64,000 nt of DNA from an uncultured Candidatus Saccharibacteria bacterium. Its GTDB lineage: Bacteria; Patescibacteriota; Minisyncoccia; Phycocordibacterales; UBA12445. The first letter of the stretch is position 1. Each line of letters opens with the position of its first letter. The notes under the pieces are model-generated. The model was not told where the DNA came from, searched no databases, and saw only the letters and a list, made by a program, of their open reading frames with translations. Where the stretch lies: the NCBI GenBank assembly GCA_964649715.1, contig CAZYTH010000002.1, positions 2,248 to 66,247 of the forward strand, read 5' to 3'. Both the position numbers and the translations under genes were made by a program. This document shows, one piece after another, positions 20,340 through 29,819 of the stretch.

Positions 20340-20867
20340 ATGCCAATCGTGGAAAATAAGGATGATTTATCGTATCAGGAATCTGTGTCTCACAGGATTG
20401 GTTTTTGTGAGCAGTTGAGAGAGGGTTATATTGGTTCCATAGTTTTCGTATCTTTTTTCTTTTTGATGAAGTTGTGGGTGGAAGTGACATCTCCTTTATT
20501 TAGAATTGAAGATTTTAATGAGATGCTTGTTTTTTTCTCTTCTTTGATTGTTCCTGCTTATCTTTCTGTGTTTTTGCCTTTCAAGATACTAGGCGAGCTA
20601 AAGAATAATATACAAATAGAAAATGTTTTGGTAATACGAGATGCTTATTCTCACCATTTGGAAAAAGCTACACTTATCGTTTTTGTTTTGGCGCCGTTTA
20701 TATTAACTTTCTCAGAAGTTTTTGGGGTTATTATTTTTATGTCTTATTATACTTTCGTAATTGATACAATGCGTAAGCAAACATGGCAGGAAAGAACAAC
20801 ACTCTTGACTCGAATAGTTGCAATAATATCAATTTGGCTTTCTTTGGTGCTGTTTATTTTCAGGTAG
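20340..20867 (+). CDS. hypothetical membrane protein
   Basis: Four or five TM helices; no recognisable domain. Confidence 0.3.
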   Translation: MPIVENKDDLSYQESVSHRIGFCEQLREGYIGSIVFVSFFFLMKLWVEVTSPLFRIEDFNEMLVFFSSLIVPAYLSVFLPFKILGELKNNIQIENVLVIRDAYSHHLEKATLIVFVLAPFILTFSEVFGVIIFMSYYTFVIDTMRKQTWQERTTLLTRIVAIISIWLSLVLFIFR

Positions 20868-20975
20868 CATATCCCTGTGCGATTATTTTAAAATATTTTT
20901 TCATATTTAATTTATTTTCTTTTTTTGCCATATCCCAAAATGTGTCCTATCGTATGTTTTGTTTCTTAATTTTAT

Positions 20976-21004
20976 TTGCATAATATTTTTGTAACTTATA
21001 TAAT
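20976..21004 (+). promoter_or_regulatory. sigma70-like promoter TTGCAT-N17-TATAAT driving ncRNA copy 1
   Basis: -35 at 20976-20981, -10 at 20999-21004. Confidence 0.45.
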
Positions 21005-21010
21005 ATTTGT

Positions 21011-21124
21011 GAGGTTGATGGTTTGACAGGTTAGGTCGTGAGACATAACCACTCGGTTGCAACAGACCGATAGAATCATTCATCTTGTCAAATATCCTGC
21101 GCAAGTAGGATTTTTTGATTTTTG
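21011..21124 (+). ncRNA. candidate small RNA, copy 1 of a two-member family (second at 53178-53296)
   Basis: Own promoter. Conserved 5' ttgatggtttga.agg; hairpin with GTGA tetraloop showing compensatory changes between copies. Conserved cactcggttgcaacagaccgatagaatcatt, then GNRA-capped terminator stem plus T run. Confidence 0.5.
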
Positions 21125-21220
21125 GGCGAAAAAAATTACATCATCCGACGAGGGAGATGTAATTTTTTCAATTCAATATTTATATTATTATTTCGTTGTG
21201 GAGAGGTTGTGGGTTTTTTC

Positions 21221-22003
21221 TTAAATTCTTTTGCTCGTAAAAAATAAGCCAGACAAAAAAACAAAGAGACAGAATATTGTTGCTATGATTATCTCGTTGT
21301 ATTGTACCGCAAATCCTGCTTCAGATAGATGTTTGGCTAGTATTCCTAAGTAAGCCCATATTAAAACGAGGCCATATGCAACGTTTCTATCTTTAAACAT
21401 TCTTAAGCTACCGATAATTGTCCCCGCGAGAAGCGCCACGATGGTCCATGTTTGTTCGGTCAAACCAAAGCGATCCCATCCGATACTGACCAAGAAAACT
21501 GTAACGTTGGCGATGGTCGCCACCGTGATCCACCCGAAATAGATGCTGAATGGGAACAATATGAAAACTTTTTCTTTCAGAGAAAACTTTTCCTTGTTTA
21601 ATATGTTTGCGATTTTTATGAGAAAAAATAAAATCGCCACGATGCACAAGAGCGACAAGCCGATGACGTCGAAGTGCCATGAGAAGATCCACAGAGTGTT
21701 GGCAATTGAACTGAAAATAAAATTAATTCCTATTTTTTTGAAAAGGACTTCTCTGTCTGCGTCTTCTTTGCTTCGAAAAAAGCCAAATTGGTATAAAGAA
21801 TAAAATCCGAGCATCAGATAAATAAGACCCCAAATAGAAAAAGTGAAGGCTGAGGGAGCAAAAAGATTGGGATAATTATTGGAAACTTCTCCTGTCGTTA
21901 CTCCATTTAAGGGGATGATGTTTGCAAGCGAGTTCGTGGTGATCATCGCCAAATATGCAATGACAACTGATATTTTAATAAATAAATTATTTTTTTTAGA
22001 CAT
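21221..22003 (-). CDS. TspO/MBR-like tryptophan-rich polytopic membrane protein (extended)
   Basis: YPNLFAPSAFTFSIWGLIYLMLGFYSLY resembles the TspO N-terminal block; seven or eight TM helices. Confidence 0.35.
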   Translation of the reverse strand: MSKKNNLFIKISVVIAYLAMITTNSLANIIPLNGVTTGEVSNNYPNLFAPSAFTFSIWGLIYLMLGFYSLYQFGFFRSKEDADREVLFKKIGINFIFSSIANTLWIFSWHFDVIGLSLLCIVAILFFLIKIANILNKEKFSLKEKVFILFPFSIYFGWITVATIANVTVFLVSIGWDRFGLTEQTWTIVALLAGTIIGSLRMFKDRNVAYGLVLIWAYLGILAKHLSEAGFAVQYNEIIIATIFCLFVFLSGLFFTSKRI

Positions 22004-22124
22004 AATTTAATTTGTTATTTAATAATAAAAAAATTGGTGCTCAATTTGGATTTTTTGTTTATCTTTAAAATATTTTCTTGTTATTTTGGTTGGCCGAATT
22101 ACAGAATGATATCTTTCTTTGATT

Positions 22125-23078
22125 TTATTCTAATGCGGAAAAGGTGGAAAGCATTTTATTGTAAACTTCCTCACATTCTTGGTTGTTTAAGATGATTTGG
22201 AACGTTTTAAATTTTAATTGGCTATTTTGTCCTTGGGTTATTTTTTTGTTGTCAAAATAAGATATAGGCAGAGAAATTTTTTCTTGTCCGCTAAAATCCC
22301 TGTATGCCCATGTTGTTTTATAACCACTCAAACCTTTATCGGTCGTAATAGGTTCAATTGAATTTAATTTTTCATAATTTTGTATTTCTTCTTTTCCTGC
22401 TACCTTAACGTATTCATCAAAAGGTAAGTTGTAGTTTCTCTCTGCTGTTTCCCTTGCGTCAATCGTAATGCATTCAGATGCAATGTCATCTGGGCTATTT
22501 AGCGGTCTGAATCCCGATCCTGTACGGGTATCGGGGAATTCTCGAAAAGTCCAATCGCTAGGATAATTAATGCTGTAACCGAATTTGTTGTTTGTATAAG
22601 TCAGTTCACCCGTGTCTTTGGTGATACTGAAAGTCGCATCACTTTCGTCAGAGATGGGGTTGTTTATGGGTACTGATTCGTAACTTGTTATACCAAGGAT
22701 ATAATTGCCTTCAGGATACATTTCGGAAACGTTCCATTCTTTACTCCCTGTGTTTTCTAAGTTAACAAAAATGATTGGGTCAAACTCTTGTCCTTCTTCC
22801 TGTAGCGCGGGTGGAGCTACCCTTCTAATGGTAATGGAAATTTTGTTCGTTGTCGGCATGTTTCTGGTATCCCATTTTATGTTGTGGACAGAACCGCTTG
22901 CTAGAAGTTCACCTCCGTTTGGAGAGATAAGAGTAATAGATGGTTTGTCGCTCTCAATTTCTCTGTTTGCGTATTGTTGATAAGCTAAACTTCCTAAGCC
23001 AATAATGGCGATGAGGATTAAAAATAAAATTAGATTTTTTTTCATATTATATTTATTGCAGGGAGGGACAAATTCCAT
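22125..23078 (-). CDS. secreted hypothetical protein
   Basis: Signal peptide or N-terminal anchor; no recognisable domain. Confidence 0.35.
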   Translation of the reverse strand: MEFVPPCNKYNMKKNLILFLILIAIIGLGSLAYQQYANREIESDKPSITLISPNGGELLASGSVHNIKWDTRNMPTTNKISITIRRVAPPALQEEGQEFDPIIFVNLENTGSKEWNVSEMYPEGNYILGITSYESVPINNPISDESDATFSITKDTGELTYTNNKFGYSINYPSDWTFREFPDTRTGSGFRPLNSPDDIASECITIDARETAERNYNLPFDEYVKVAGKEEIQNYEKLNSIEPITTDKGLSGYKTTWAYRDFSGQEKISLPISYFDNKKITQGQNSQLKFKTFQIILNNQECEEVYNKMLSTFSALE

Positions 23079-23481
23079 TATAAAAATCTATTGTTGGACA
23101 TTCGGTACCGTCTTTGAAAGTGCAAACAGAATTTGGTACGGAAAAAGTTTGACCACCCGACCAGGCACAATAACTTTGATCAATGGTTTCAAAACCAGTT
23201 GTTTTGACTCCGCCTATCGGACAATCTCCTCGCATTAGCGCCCATTCTTCACAGGCTTTATTGTCTTCAAAATAACACAAACCATATTCACCCCCATCGC
23301 CACGTTTTTCTATTTTTAAAGTTCCTCCAACTTCCAAACAATTTGCTGAAGCGGGATTTGAAATATTTAAGACGTCTTTATCGGTGTCTATTTTTTGTGG
23401 GGTTTTTTGATAATAATAAGAGACATAAATAACTAACATAGCGACAATAACTACATAAAATACTTTTTTTGTTTTTTTCAT
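23053..23481 (-). CDS. secreted tandem DUF333-domain protein (putative hemolysin-like Cys-rich domain)
   Basis: N-terminal TM/signal. Two repeats of the ANPAS.NC...GG....G..G.C.F.D...C.EW pattern with conserved Cys. Confidence 0.45.
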   Translation of the reverse strand: MKKTKKVFYVVIVAMLVIYVSYYYQKTPQKIDTDKDVLNISNPASANCLEVGGTLKIEKRGDGGEYGLCYFEDNKACEEWALMRGDCPIGGVKTTGFETIDQSYCAWSGGQTFSVPNSVCTFKDGTECPTIDFYNGICPSLQ

Positions 23482-23681
23482 AAATTCAATTCTAGCATGA
23501 ATTAGGAAAAAATATTATTTTTCTTGCAATTAATTTTTATTTTTTTCACACAACATTCAAGCCATCAAAACTGGGGATAACATTTTTGTTTGAGATTAAA
23601 GCGAATGATATAATTTTAGACAAGAGTTTTTCTGCCTATGTTACAATAATATTTATGTTTTTATTATTTTTTTAAAAATAA

Positions 23682-24677
23682 ATGTCAAGATCATTTGAAC
23701 GATTCTCTCAAAAAGTAAAGAAAGATATCGAAAAAGCAACAAAAGGTTCCACTCAAAGATATTTTTTAGAAAAAATGTTAGAGGAGGAAAAAATAAAATT
23801 CGAAACATCTTCTAAGAAAGGAGGGTTTTCCCAAAAAACAAAAAGAGATGAATTGGAGGAGGCGAGAAGAAAAGTATCAGAGGAGTACGCGTCAATAAAA
23901 CAAACCGAAATCCAAAACGAAGGGGTGGAAGAACCGCCAGAATCATTATCTGAAGAATATGAAATAGAAAAAGAAGAAAATCTTATATATGGAGCTACTA
24001 AATATTTTAAAAAAACATTCAATAAACTGACTCAATTTTTTAAAGATAAATATGAATTTGGGTTTTTTGCCAATATTGATGAAGCAAAAGAAATTAAAAA
24101 AACAAGAAAAAAGCGAGTGGAAGAGATGAGGGGGTGTTTGGGTGAATCACTCAGTCTTATGGGGGAGGAGACATCTCTTGTGAGGGAGCACTTAGAACAT
24201 TTAAGTCTTATTCCAAGACGTTTTTTAGAAAAAATGAGAATTTTGGGTATTAGATTAAAGATAGGCAATGGTGATGTTATTGATCTAAGCGAAAGCGATG
24301 AATTAAGAAGAGAAGCGCCAAGGGGTTGGAATCAGGCTAATTGGGAAGGAGTCCCTGGTTGTTATGACGGGATAGAAAGAATGGTTTATATAGGAAAAGG
24401 ATTGCATGGTAGTGAAAGTTTTACTCTGCATGAATATGGCCACGGAGTAGGACATTTAATGGGGTTAAATAATTCCGATAAAACAATAGACGCACACATC
24501 AGGCTTTTTAAAAAATTGTCTTCGTATTACAGACAAGAAGGTCCGGGAGGTATAGCGGGAAGAGAGGAATTTGTAGCTGAATCATTTGCAAGTTATTTTA
24601 TGTTATCGGAAGAACAATTTATCAAAAGATATGATAAAGAGTGGCGTGAATATTTAACAGATAAAATAAACGTATAA
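23682..24677 (+). CDS. protein with C-terminal anthrax-lethal-factor-like (ATLF / Pro-Pro endopeptidase family) zinc metallopeptidase domain
   Basis: GIRLKIGNGDVIDL, W..VPGCYDG, TLHEYGHGVGH (HExxH) and downstream EEFVAESFASYF, as in the ATLF/PPEP family. Lysine/glutamate-rich N-terminal half; no signal peptide. Confidence 0.5.
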   Translation: MSRSFERFSQKVKKDIEKATKGSTQRYFLEKMLEEEKIKFETSSKKGGFSQKTKRDELEEARRKVSEEYASIKQTEIQNEGVEEPPESLSEEYEIEKEENLIYGATKYFKKTFNKLTQFFKDKYEFGFFANIDEAKEIKKTRKKRVEEMRGCLGESLSLMGEETSLVREHLEHLSLIPRRFLEKMRILGIRLKIGNGDVIDLSESDELRREAPRGWNQANWEGVPGCYDGIERMVYIGKGLHGSESFTLHEYGHGVGHLMGLNNSDKTIDAHIRLFKKLSSYYRQEGPGGIAGREEFVAESFASYFMLSEEQFIKRYDKEWREYLTDKINV

Positions 24678-24699
24678 TTTAATCAAATAAATTGAAAAG

Positions 24700-24864
24700 A
24701 TGCCTATAAAAAAATTAAAAAATGGTTCACTTGTTGTCCCCAAAAGAATAGAGAGCGAAAATGGAATAATTGGGGATACTGTAGAAATAATAAAGCAGGA
24801 TTCAGTAGAATATGAAAAATTTTTAAAAGATTACGAAAAAGAACAGAAAGATTTGATGAGTTAG
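24700..24864 (+). CDS. AbrB/MazE-type swapped-hairpin small DNA-binding protein (54 aa, below ORF-track cutoff)
   Basis: MPIKKLKNGSLVVPKRIESENGIIGDTVEI matches the SpoVT/AbrB N-terminal pattern. Confidence 0.35.
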   Translation: MPIKKLKNGSLVVPKRIESENGIIGDTVEIIKQDSVEYEKFLKDYEKEQKDLMS

Positions 24865-24985
24865 ATAAAATAAGATCTGGAAATTTATTTGAGTTTTATT
24901 TAATTACTTGACTTCACGATGTTTTTCCAATCACAATATCTTTGAACTTTTATATTGTGACCTTGGGGTGATTCGTCTCATATTT

Positions 24986-25888
24986 TTAAACTTCATATTT
25001 TTTTATATCTTCTTTCACCTTCTTTATTAATTTTCCAAATCGTTTGTCTTTGTTTCTTTTTTCAAAGTCTGTCATCTCGTAAAAATCAGCTTCCTTCTTT
25101 AGGCTAATATAATTGGAATATTTATGTTCATCTAATTCGCCAGATTTTACTTTTGCCAAAATTTCGCACCCTGGTTCGTGAGTGTGTGTGCAGTCGGAAT
25201 ACTTACATTTTGGAGCTAGCTCAATTATTTCTGCAAACAAATCATTTATACCGATATTCGTATCGGTCATGCCGATCCCGCGTACCCCAGGATTATCTAT
25301 TACAATGGCCCCATTTTCCAAAAAATACATTTCTCTTTTTGTGGTAATGTGTTTTCCTCTATTGGAGTTAGCGCCAATATTTTCAGTTCTTATGATATCT
25401 TTTCCTAGCAATTTGTTTATTAAAGATGATTTTCCAACACCAGAAGAACCCAAAAAACAATATGTTTTGCCCTTTGTTGTGTATTCTTTTAGTTCTTTCA
25501 ACCCCTGGTTGGTGGCAGTGCTGGTTAATATATAGTCAACACCACTAAATCTTTTTTTTATTTCAGACAATATCGTGTCTAATTCTTCTTTTGAGATTAA
25601 GTCTATTTTATTTAATATGATAACAGGTTTAACACCCCCAGCCTTTGCAATGGCAAAATATCTCTCAAAACGATTCAAATTATAATCTCTGCCAACAGAT
25701 TCAACAATAATCGTTACGTCCATGTTTGTTGCGATAATCTGTGCCTCACTTTTATTAATATCTTTTCTTTTTATTATTGTTTTTCTTGGAAGAATTTTCT
25801 GGATTACAGCCTGTTCTTTACCAAGTGGAACGATTGCAACCCAATCGCCGACCGCAGGATAATCTTCTCTTCTTGTGGCATCAAACAT
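24986..25888 (-). CDS. rsgA: ribosome small-subunit-dependent GTPase A
   Basis: VIILNKIDL (G4), GSSGVGKSSLIN (G1) and the C-terminal C-x2-C-x-H-x5-C zinc knuckle. The authentic N-terminus (MSNEIKKLENEDLGYDVF...) lies upstream in another frame, with the frame join at an A7 tract at 26014-26020. Confidence 0.75.
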   Translation of the reverse strand: MFDATRREDYPAVGDWVAIVPLGKEQAVIQKILPRKTIIKRKDINKSEAQIIATNMDVTIIVESVGRDYNLNRFERYFAIAKAGGVKPVIILNKIDLISKEELDTILSEIKKRFSGVDYILTSTATNQGLKELKEYTTKGKTYCFLGSSGVGKSSLINKLLGKDIIRTENIGANSNRGKHITTKREMYFLENGAIVIDNPGVRGIGMTDTNIGINDLFAEIIELAPKCKYSDCTHTHEPGCEILAKVKSGELDEHKYSNYISLKKEADFYEMTDFEKRNKDKRFGKLIKKVKEDIKKYEV

Positions 25889-26203
25889 TTGTCTTCCTGT
25901 TATTTTTGCCAGATATTCGCCCTCCGCGTTTTTAACTTTATAAGCTCCTTTGTGCTCTGTGGTGACTCTCGCAACAGGGAGATCTTTTAATCCCAGTTTT
26001 TTATAATTAGATTCAAAAAAACATCGTAGCCGAGATCTTCATTTTCTAGTTTTTTAATTTCATTACTCATTGTTTTATTTTAACATTTTTGTAAACGGTT
26101 CTAAAATATATTGTGTTTTAGTATCAAAAACTTTCTTATGTGAGGGATGGTGGACATGTATTATTGAATAATAAAATAATTTCTGTTATTTTTAGTTTTA
26201 ATT

Positions 26204-26548
26204 TTGAACTTTGAAAGGAGAAGGAAGATGATAAAGAATTATGATTTTTATTGTCCGCAATGTGGTAAAAAAGCGGAGACCGTAACCCCCGCATTTTTTA
26301 GATCTTACTCCCGGGCACGTCTTGATCTGGTTATCTTTTGTTGCGACACATGCCGAACAATTTATGTTGATAAGCCGACAATTCGTCGGATGATAAGTGT
26401 TTGGAGAAAAGACAATCCACAGACAATAAAAATAACTTTTGAAAATCAATGTCGAGAGTTCTATAAAGAATTGGAAAAGATGTTAAACGAGTATTGGATT
26501 CCAATTGGACGCTTTAGAAAAGCTCGCTTTCTAAGAGTTTTAAAATAA
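26204..26548 (+). CDS. hypothetical zinc-ribbon protein
   Basis: CPQCG...CCDTC four-Cys arrangement. Confidence 0.35.
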   Translation: MNFERRRKMIKNYDFYCPQCGKKAETVTPAFFRSYSRARLDLVIFCCDTCRTIYVDKPTIRRMISVWRKDNPQTIKITFENQCREFYKELEKMLNEYWIPIGRFRKARFLRVLK

Positions 26549-26655
26549 AACAAAATCCTGATAAATCATCGGGATTTTTTTATTTTATAGATGGAGATTT
26601 TTTCTAAAAAAAGAAAAACCTCCCTGGTGGGGGAGGTTGGTAACCTGTGATAGGG

Positions 26656-26907
26656 TTATTTTGCTGAAAACTCATCAAAGTCATAGGCGCCAACAGTGCC
26701 GTCGTTGTGTTGCACCCACCACACATCTCCGCCGTGTCCTGGAACCCAGCCCACAACAATGCCATTCTTATTGGGTTTTCGGACATCAAGATTCTTACGC
26801 GAAATAAGAAAACCTTTTGTATTTCCGAGTTTTTTGTTGGTTTTGACCCTGAGTCCAACTTTCACCTGATCACGTTTCATTTTTATTCCTCCTTTTTCAA
26901 ATATCAA
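26656..26907 (-). CDS. hypothetical small protein
   Basis: 83-aa ORF preceded by GC-elevated leader. Confidence 0.3.
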   Translation of the reverse strand: MIFEKGGIKMKRDQVKVGLRVKTNKKLGNTKGFLISRKNLDVRKPNKNGIVVGWVPGHGGDVWWVQHNDGTVGAYDFDEFSAK

Positions 26908-27129
26908 ATGCCTGTCTAGTTAGACAAACTACTATAGATTAGAAGACTTGCCAACCCCCACATGTGGACGAGTTCAACTTAGCCCTATGACGCAGCCGGA
27001 TAGGGAACTTTGAATTGGGAGAGATAAAGAGTGAATTGCGGATGATTGGAATTTTAACGATGGTTTGAAGCAAAAGAAAAACCACTAATCTTATGGGATT
27101 AGCGGTTCTATTAGATAAAAGATATTGTT

Positions 27130-27408
27130 CTACAAACAAAATTGATCAAAGGGAATTATTTTTCCCGTGATCTTCCTTTGGCTTTTATTGCGATTGGTGG
27201 ATGCGGGGTATAGTTTAACAGGAAATTCATATCGCCAACCGCATTTACGCAAATTGCGAATTGTTTCGGTGTTGTGAATAAAACCATCAAGTGGTTTCTT
27301 TTCGGGTGCCCACGTAAAACTGGCGGTTAAAAAGTTTCCCTTAGATCCTTCAACGATAAAACCTTTAATTATATTTTGATCTTTTGGGGAAATGTCTTGT
27401 TCGCTCAT
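27130..27408 (-). CDS. hypothetical small protein
   Basis: 92-aa ORF; no domain recognised. Confidence 0.3.
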   Translation of the reverse strand: MSEQDISPKDQNIIKGFIVEGSKGNFLTASFTWAPEKKPLDGFIHNTETIRNLRKCGWRYEFPVKLYPASTNRNKSQRKITGKIIPFDQFCL

Positions 27409-27510
27409 TTTTTCCTCCTCTTAAAGAACTAAGCCTGAAATTAAACTACCTTATCTATGGTAAATATTCAATCTTCGCGTAAGCAAAAATCACCATAGGG
27501 ACTTTATCAT

Positions 27511-27700
27511 TTTACTCCGCGGGTAGGAATTTCGGTCCTTACAGGACCAGTACCCCCGATGGATTTTTTGTTCGTGCAGAGCACTCTAAAAAATGCTCAT
27601 CGGGGCTTCGAATCCTGACGAAAGCCATGGGTAATGGCTTTCTCCCGCGTTCGCAAAAACAGAAAAAGCACCATAAAGGTGCATTTCTGTTTTTACTCCC
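27511..27700. repeat. structured dispersed repeat, copy B (begins with a 14-nt copy of the tRNA-Asn 3' end)
   Basis: tttactccgcgggtagga..., ttcgaatcctgacgaaagccatgggtaatggctttctccc (9-bp perfect hairpin), then hairpin plus ttttactcc. Confidence 0.5.
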
Positions 27701-27827
27701 CAAACAGGTTCAACAACGTTGCTCTCAAGCCATTGTAAGGGTCTTTGAGATGCTCATTGAGTGGGATCGGACGCAAACAGGTCGAAAAGATGCAGGTGAG
27801 AAATGAGACACCATAAAAGAGTTTGTA

Positions 27828-28304
27828 TTATTTTTTCTTCTCTTCTATTGCTTTTTTAGTTTTGGCCTCAAGTTCGTCTGAGTCGTCTGTTCCCATGCGA
27901 TAAATTTTTTGATTTTTCATTATTATTTCGATTGCATCAAAACCTGAGACATTATATATCCACATCCTGGGCCAAAGACAGAATCTTATTCCCCAGCCAC
28001 AATACCAATGGTTTTTTACTTTTCTAACCGAAACAATCTCTTCAAGCGGAAATGTCTTTTTAAAAATCCCATAACCAAACTTAATCTTAAGATATTCTTC
28101 ATTAATGGATGTTGTTAGTGTTGTAAATGATGCAAGAATAAAAAGGATTAAAAACATCACGGAAGTAACGGCAAAGTTTGTGCCGGAGTCGACTGATGGT
28201 GGTTCGGCTCTAGCTGTAATCTGAACCCATGTGAAAAGAATCAATACTGATAAGTTGACAATTATCATTAAGTAGCCAATTTGTGTGTGTTTATATGAGT
28301 TCAT
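27828..28304 (-). CDS. hypothetical membrane protein (two TM helices plus soluble C-terminal domain)
   Basis: Hydrophobic N-terminus; possible bacterial PH-like domain, not certain. Confidence 0.35.
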   Translation of the reverse strand: MNSYKHTQIGYLMIIVNLSVLILFTWVQITARAEPPSVDSGTNFAVTSVMFLILFILASFTTLTTSINEEYLKIKFGYGIFKKTFPLEEIVSVRKVKNHWYCGWGIRFCLWPRMWIYNVSGFDAIEIIMKNQKIYRMGTDDSDELEAKTKKAIEEKKK

Positions 28305-28363
28305 AAATAATTATTTTTATCTCCTTCTTTTGTCTGTGTAATCAATAGAAGATATTTTATCCA

Positions 28364-29140
28364 TTATTCAGTAGCCATTCGAATGTTGCCACATCTATCA
28401 TTCAAATTTTCTACTGCCTTAAATATGTCATCTATTTGGGGTTCATAAGCAATAATCTTATCGTCGTTTTTAAGTTTGAGGGTTATCAATTTATCGTGGG
28501 TTTGAAATATACTTTTTACTTCACAATTATTAAGGGCGGTTAAAACAATATTCCAGTCACTGTTGGCTTCGTTTATAAAGTTTTGACCATCAGGAGTGGC
28601 ACATTGTAGAGGATCAGATTTCATAATAGGAAAACCGGCGGTTACGCAATCGTTAAAATTTCTAATTCTAGCCAGCAGATCGTTACATTTTTCGTAGCTT
28701 GCCATATCGCTTTTTGGTAAACATTCTTTTAACTCATCTGCTAGAGTAGTTTCCTTTTTAATTAAATTTTCAGTAATACTCCACAAAGAATAATATCGAC
28801 TATAGTATCTATGAACAACAACTGCACCAACTCCCGTTTGTGACTCAAAGAAATATCCTGACCCCATTTGTTCGGTAAATTCATAACCCTTATCTTTCAT
28901 AAAGGACTTAATTATCCCAAGGTTATTACTTTTAGTAATGTACTTATTGTCTCCAATATCTAGTTTTATAATATCCTCATTGCCAAAAATTAACTTAGCT
29001 ATTCCTTTTATTTGTGGCCATGGATTACCTTCTTGGAAGATAATCGGGGAATAAAAAAAGATAAAAATACCTAATACTAAAATTATTAGCGAGGTAATAA
29101 GTAGAATCTTTTTGTTTTTTGAGGAGTGTTCAAAAATCAC
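28364..29140 (-). CDS. hypothetical membrane-anchored/secreted protein
   Basis: N-terminal TM anchor; Cys-containing soluble domain. Confidence 0.35.
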   Translation of the reverse strand: MIFEHSSKNKKILLITSLIILVLGIFIFFYSPIIFQEGNPWPQIKGIAKLIFGNEDIIKLDIGDNKYITKSNNLGIIKSFMKDKGYEFTEQMGSGYFFESQTGVGAVVVHRYYSRYYSLWSITENLIKKETTLADELKECLPKSDMASYEKCNDLLARIRNFNDCVTAGFPIMKSDPLQCATPDGQNFINEANSDWNIVLTALNNCEVKSIFQTHDKLITLKLKNDDKIIAYEPQIDDIFKAVENLNDRCGNIRMATE

Positions 29141-29819
29141 AGTGAATTATTTTAAATTATTTTTTATTTCTATCCCTAAACACAACAATAAAAGTGGCGA
29201 CAATTAGTATGAGTCCAATTCCTTGAGCACCGGGGCTGTCATCAAATTCACCAAATACAATAAAGAATACCCCTAATGGTATCGCTATAATTTTTGGAGT
29301 CCAGTATAGAATTTTACTTTTTATATTCATAGACCATTGATAACACACCGAAAAACAAAAAGGTTTTACGGCAAAAAGGCTTTAAGCTTCTCAACAAAAG
29401 GTTTTTCTGACTCTAATTCTTCCGCGACTGCTGTAAACATATCACAGGGAAGGTGCTCATCAAGCGCCAAGAAGAATTTTTTTATTTTTTGCATTTCTTT
29501 TTTATTACAAGTAATAAGTGAATTATACAGTGTAAATTTTTTACAGTAAATCAAAAATACACTGGTAGTTTATACAGAGTAACTTAAGGAGATAAAAGAT
29601 TAATTTTCTTGTAAACCTTTAATCCAAAAATAACCACACATAAAGGCGGTTATTTTTGGGGAGGCATAAATGTTCCTAAACCCAGTTTTGGGCGGGGATA
29701 GGTTGGATGACACTAAAATTATGAATTCCATTTAATAGATTCCATTCGAACCTGGAGACAGTTTGCTCTTGAGTGGTTTACACTATATCTAGAATCGGGG
29801 AGATGATATAATTGGACTC

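Noticed and set aside
21011-21124. Whether the sRNA candidate is SRP RNA (4.5S) or 6S RNA.
   Set aside because: There is no domain IV AGGUCAGG / GGAAGCAGCC-type motif and no symmetric internal loop. It is too short for 6S and does not form a long irregular helix.
29690-29770. A tRNA-like T-loop fragment (ttccattcgaacctggagac) suggesting another tRNA or att site.
   Set aside because: No cloverleaf can be drawn on either strand. Only the generic ttcgaacc heptamer matches.
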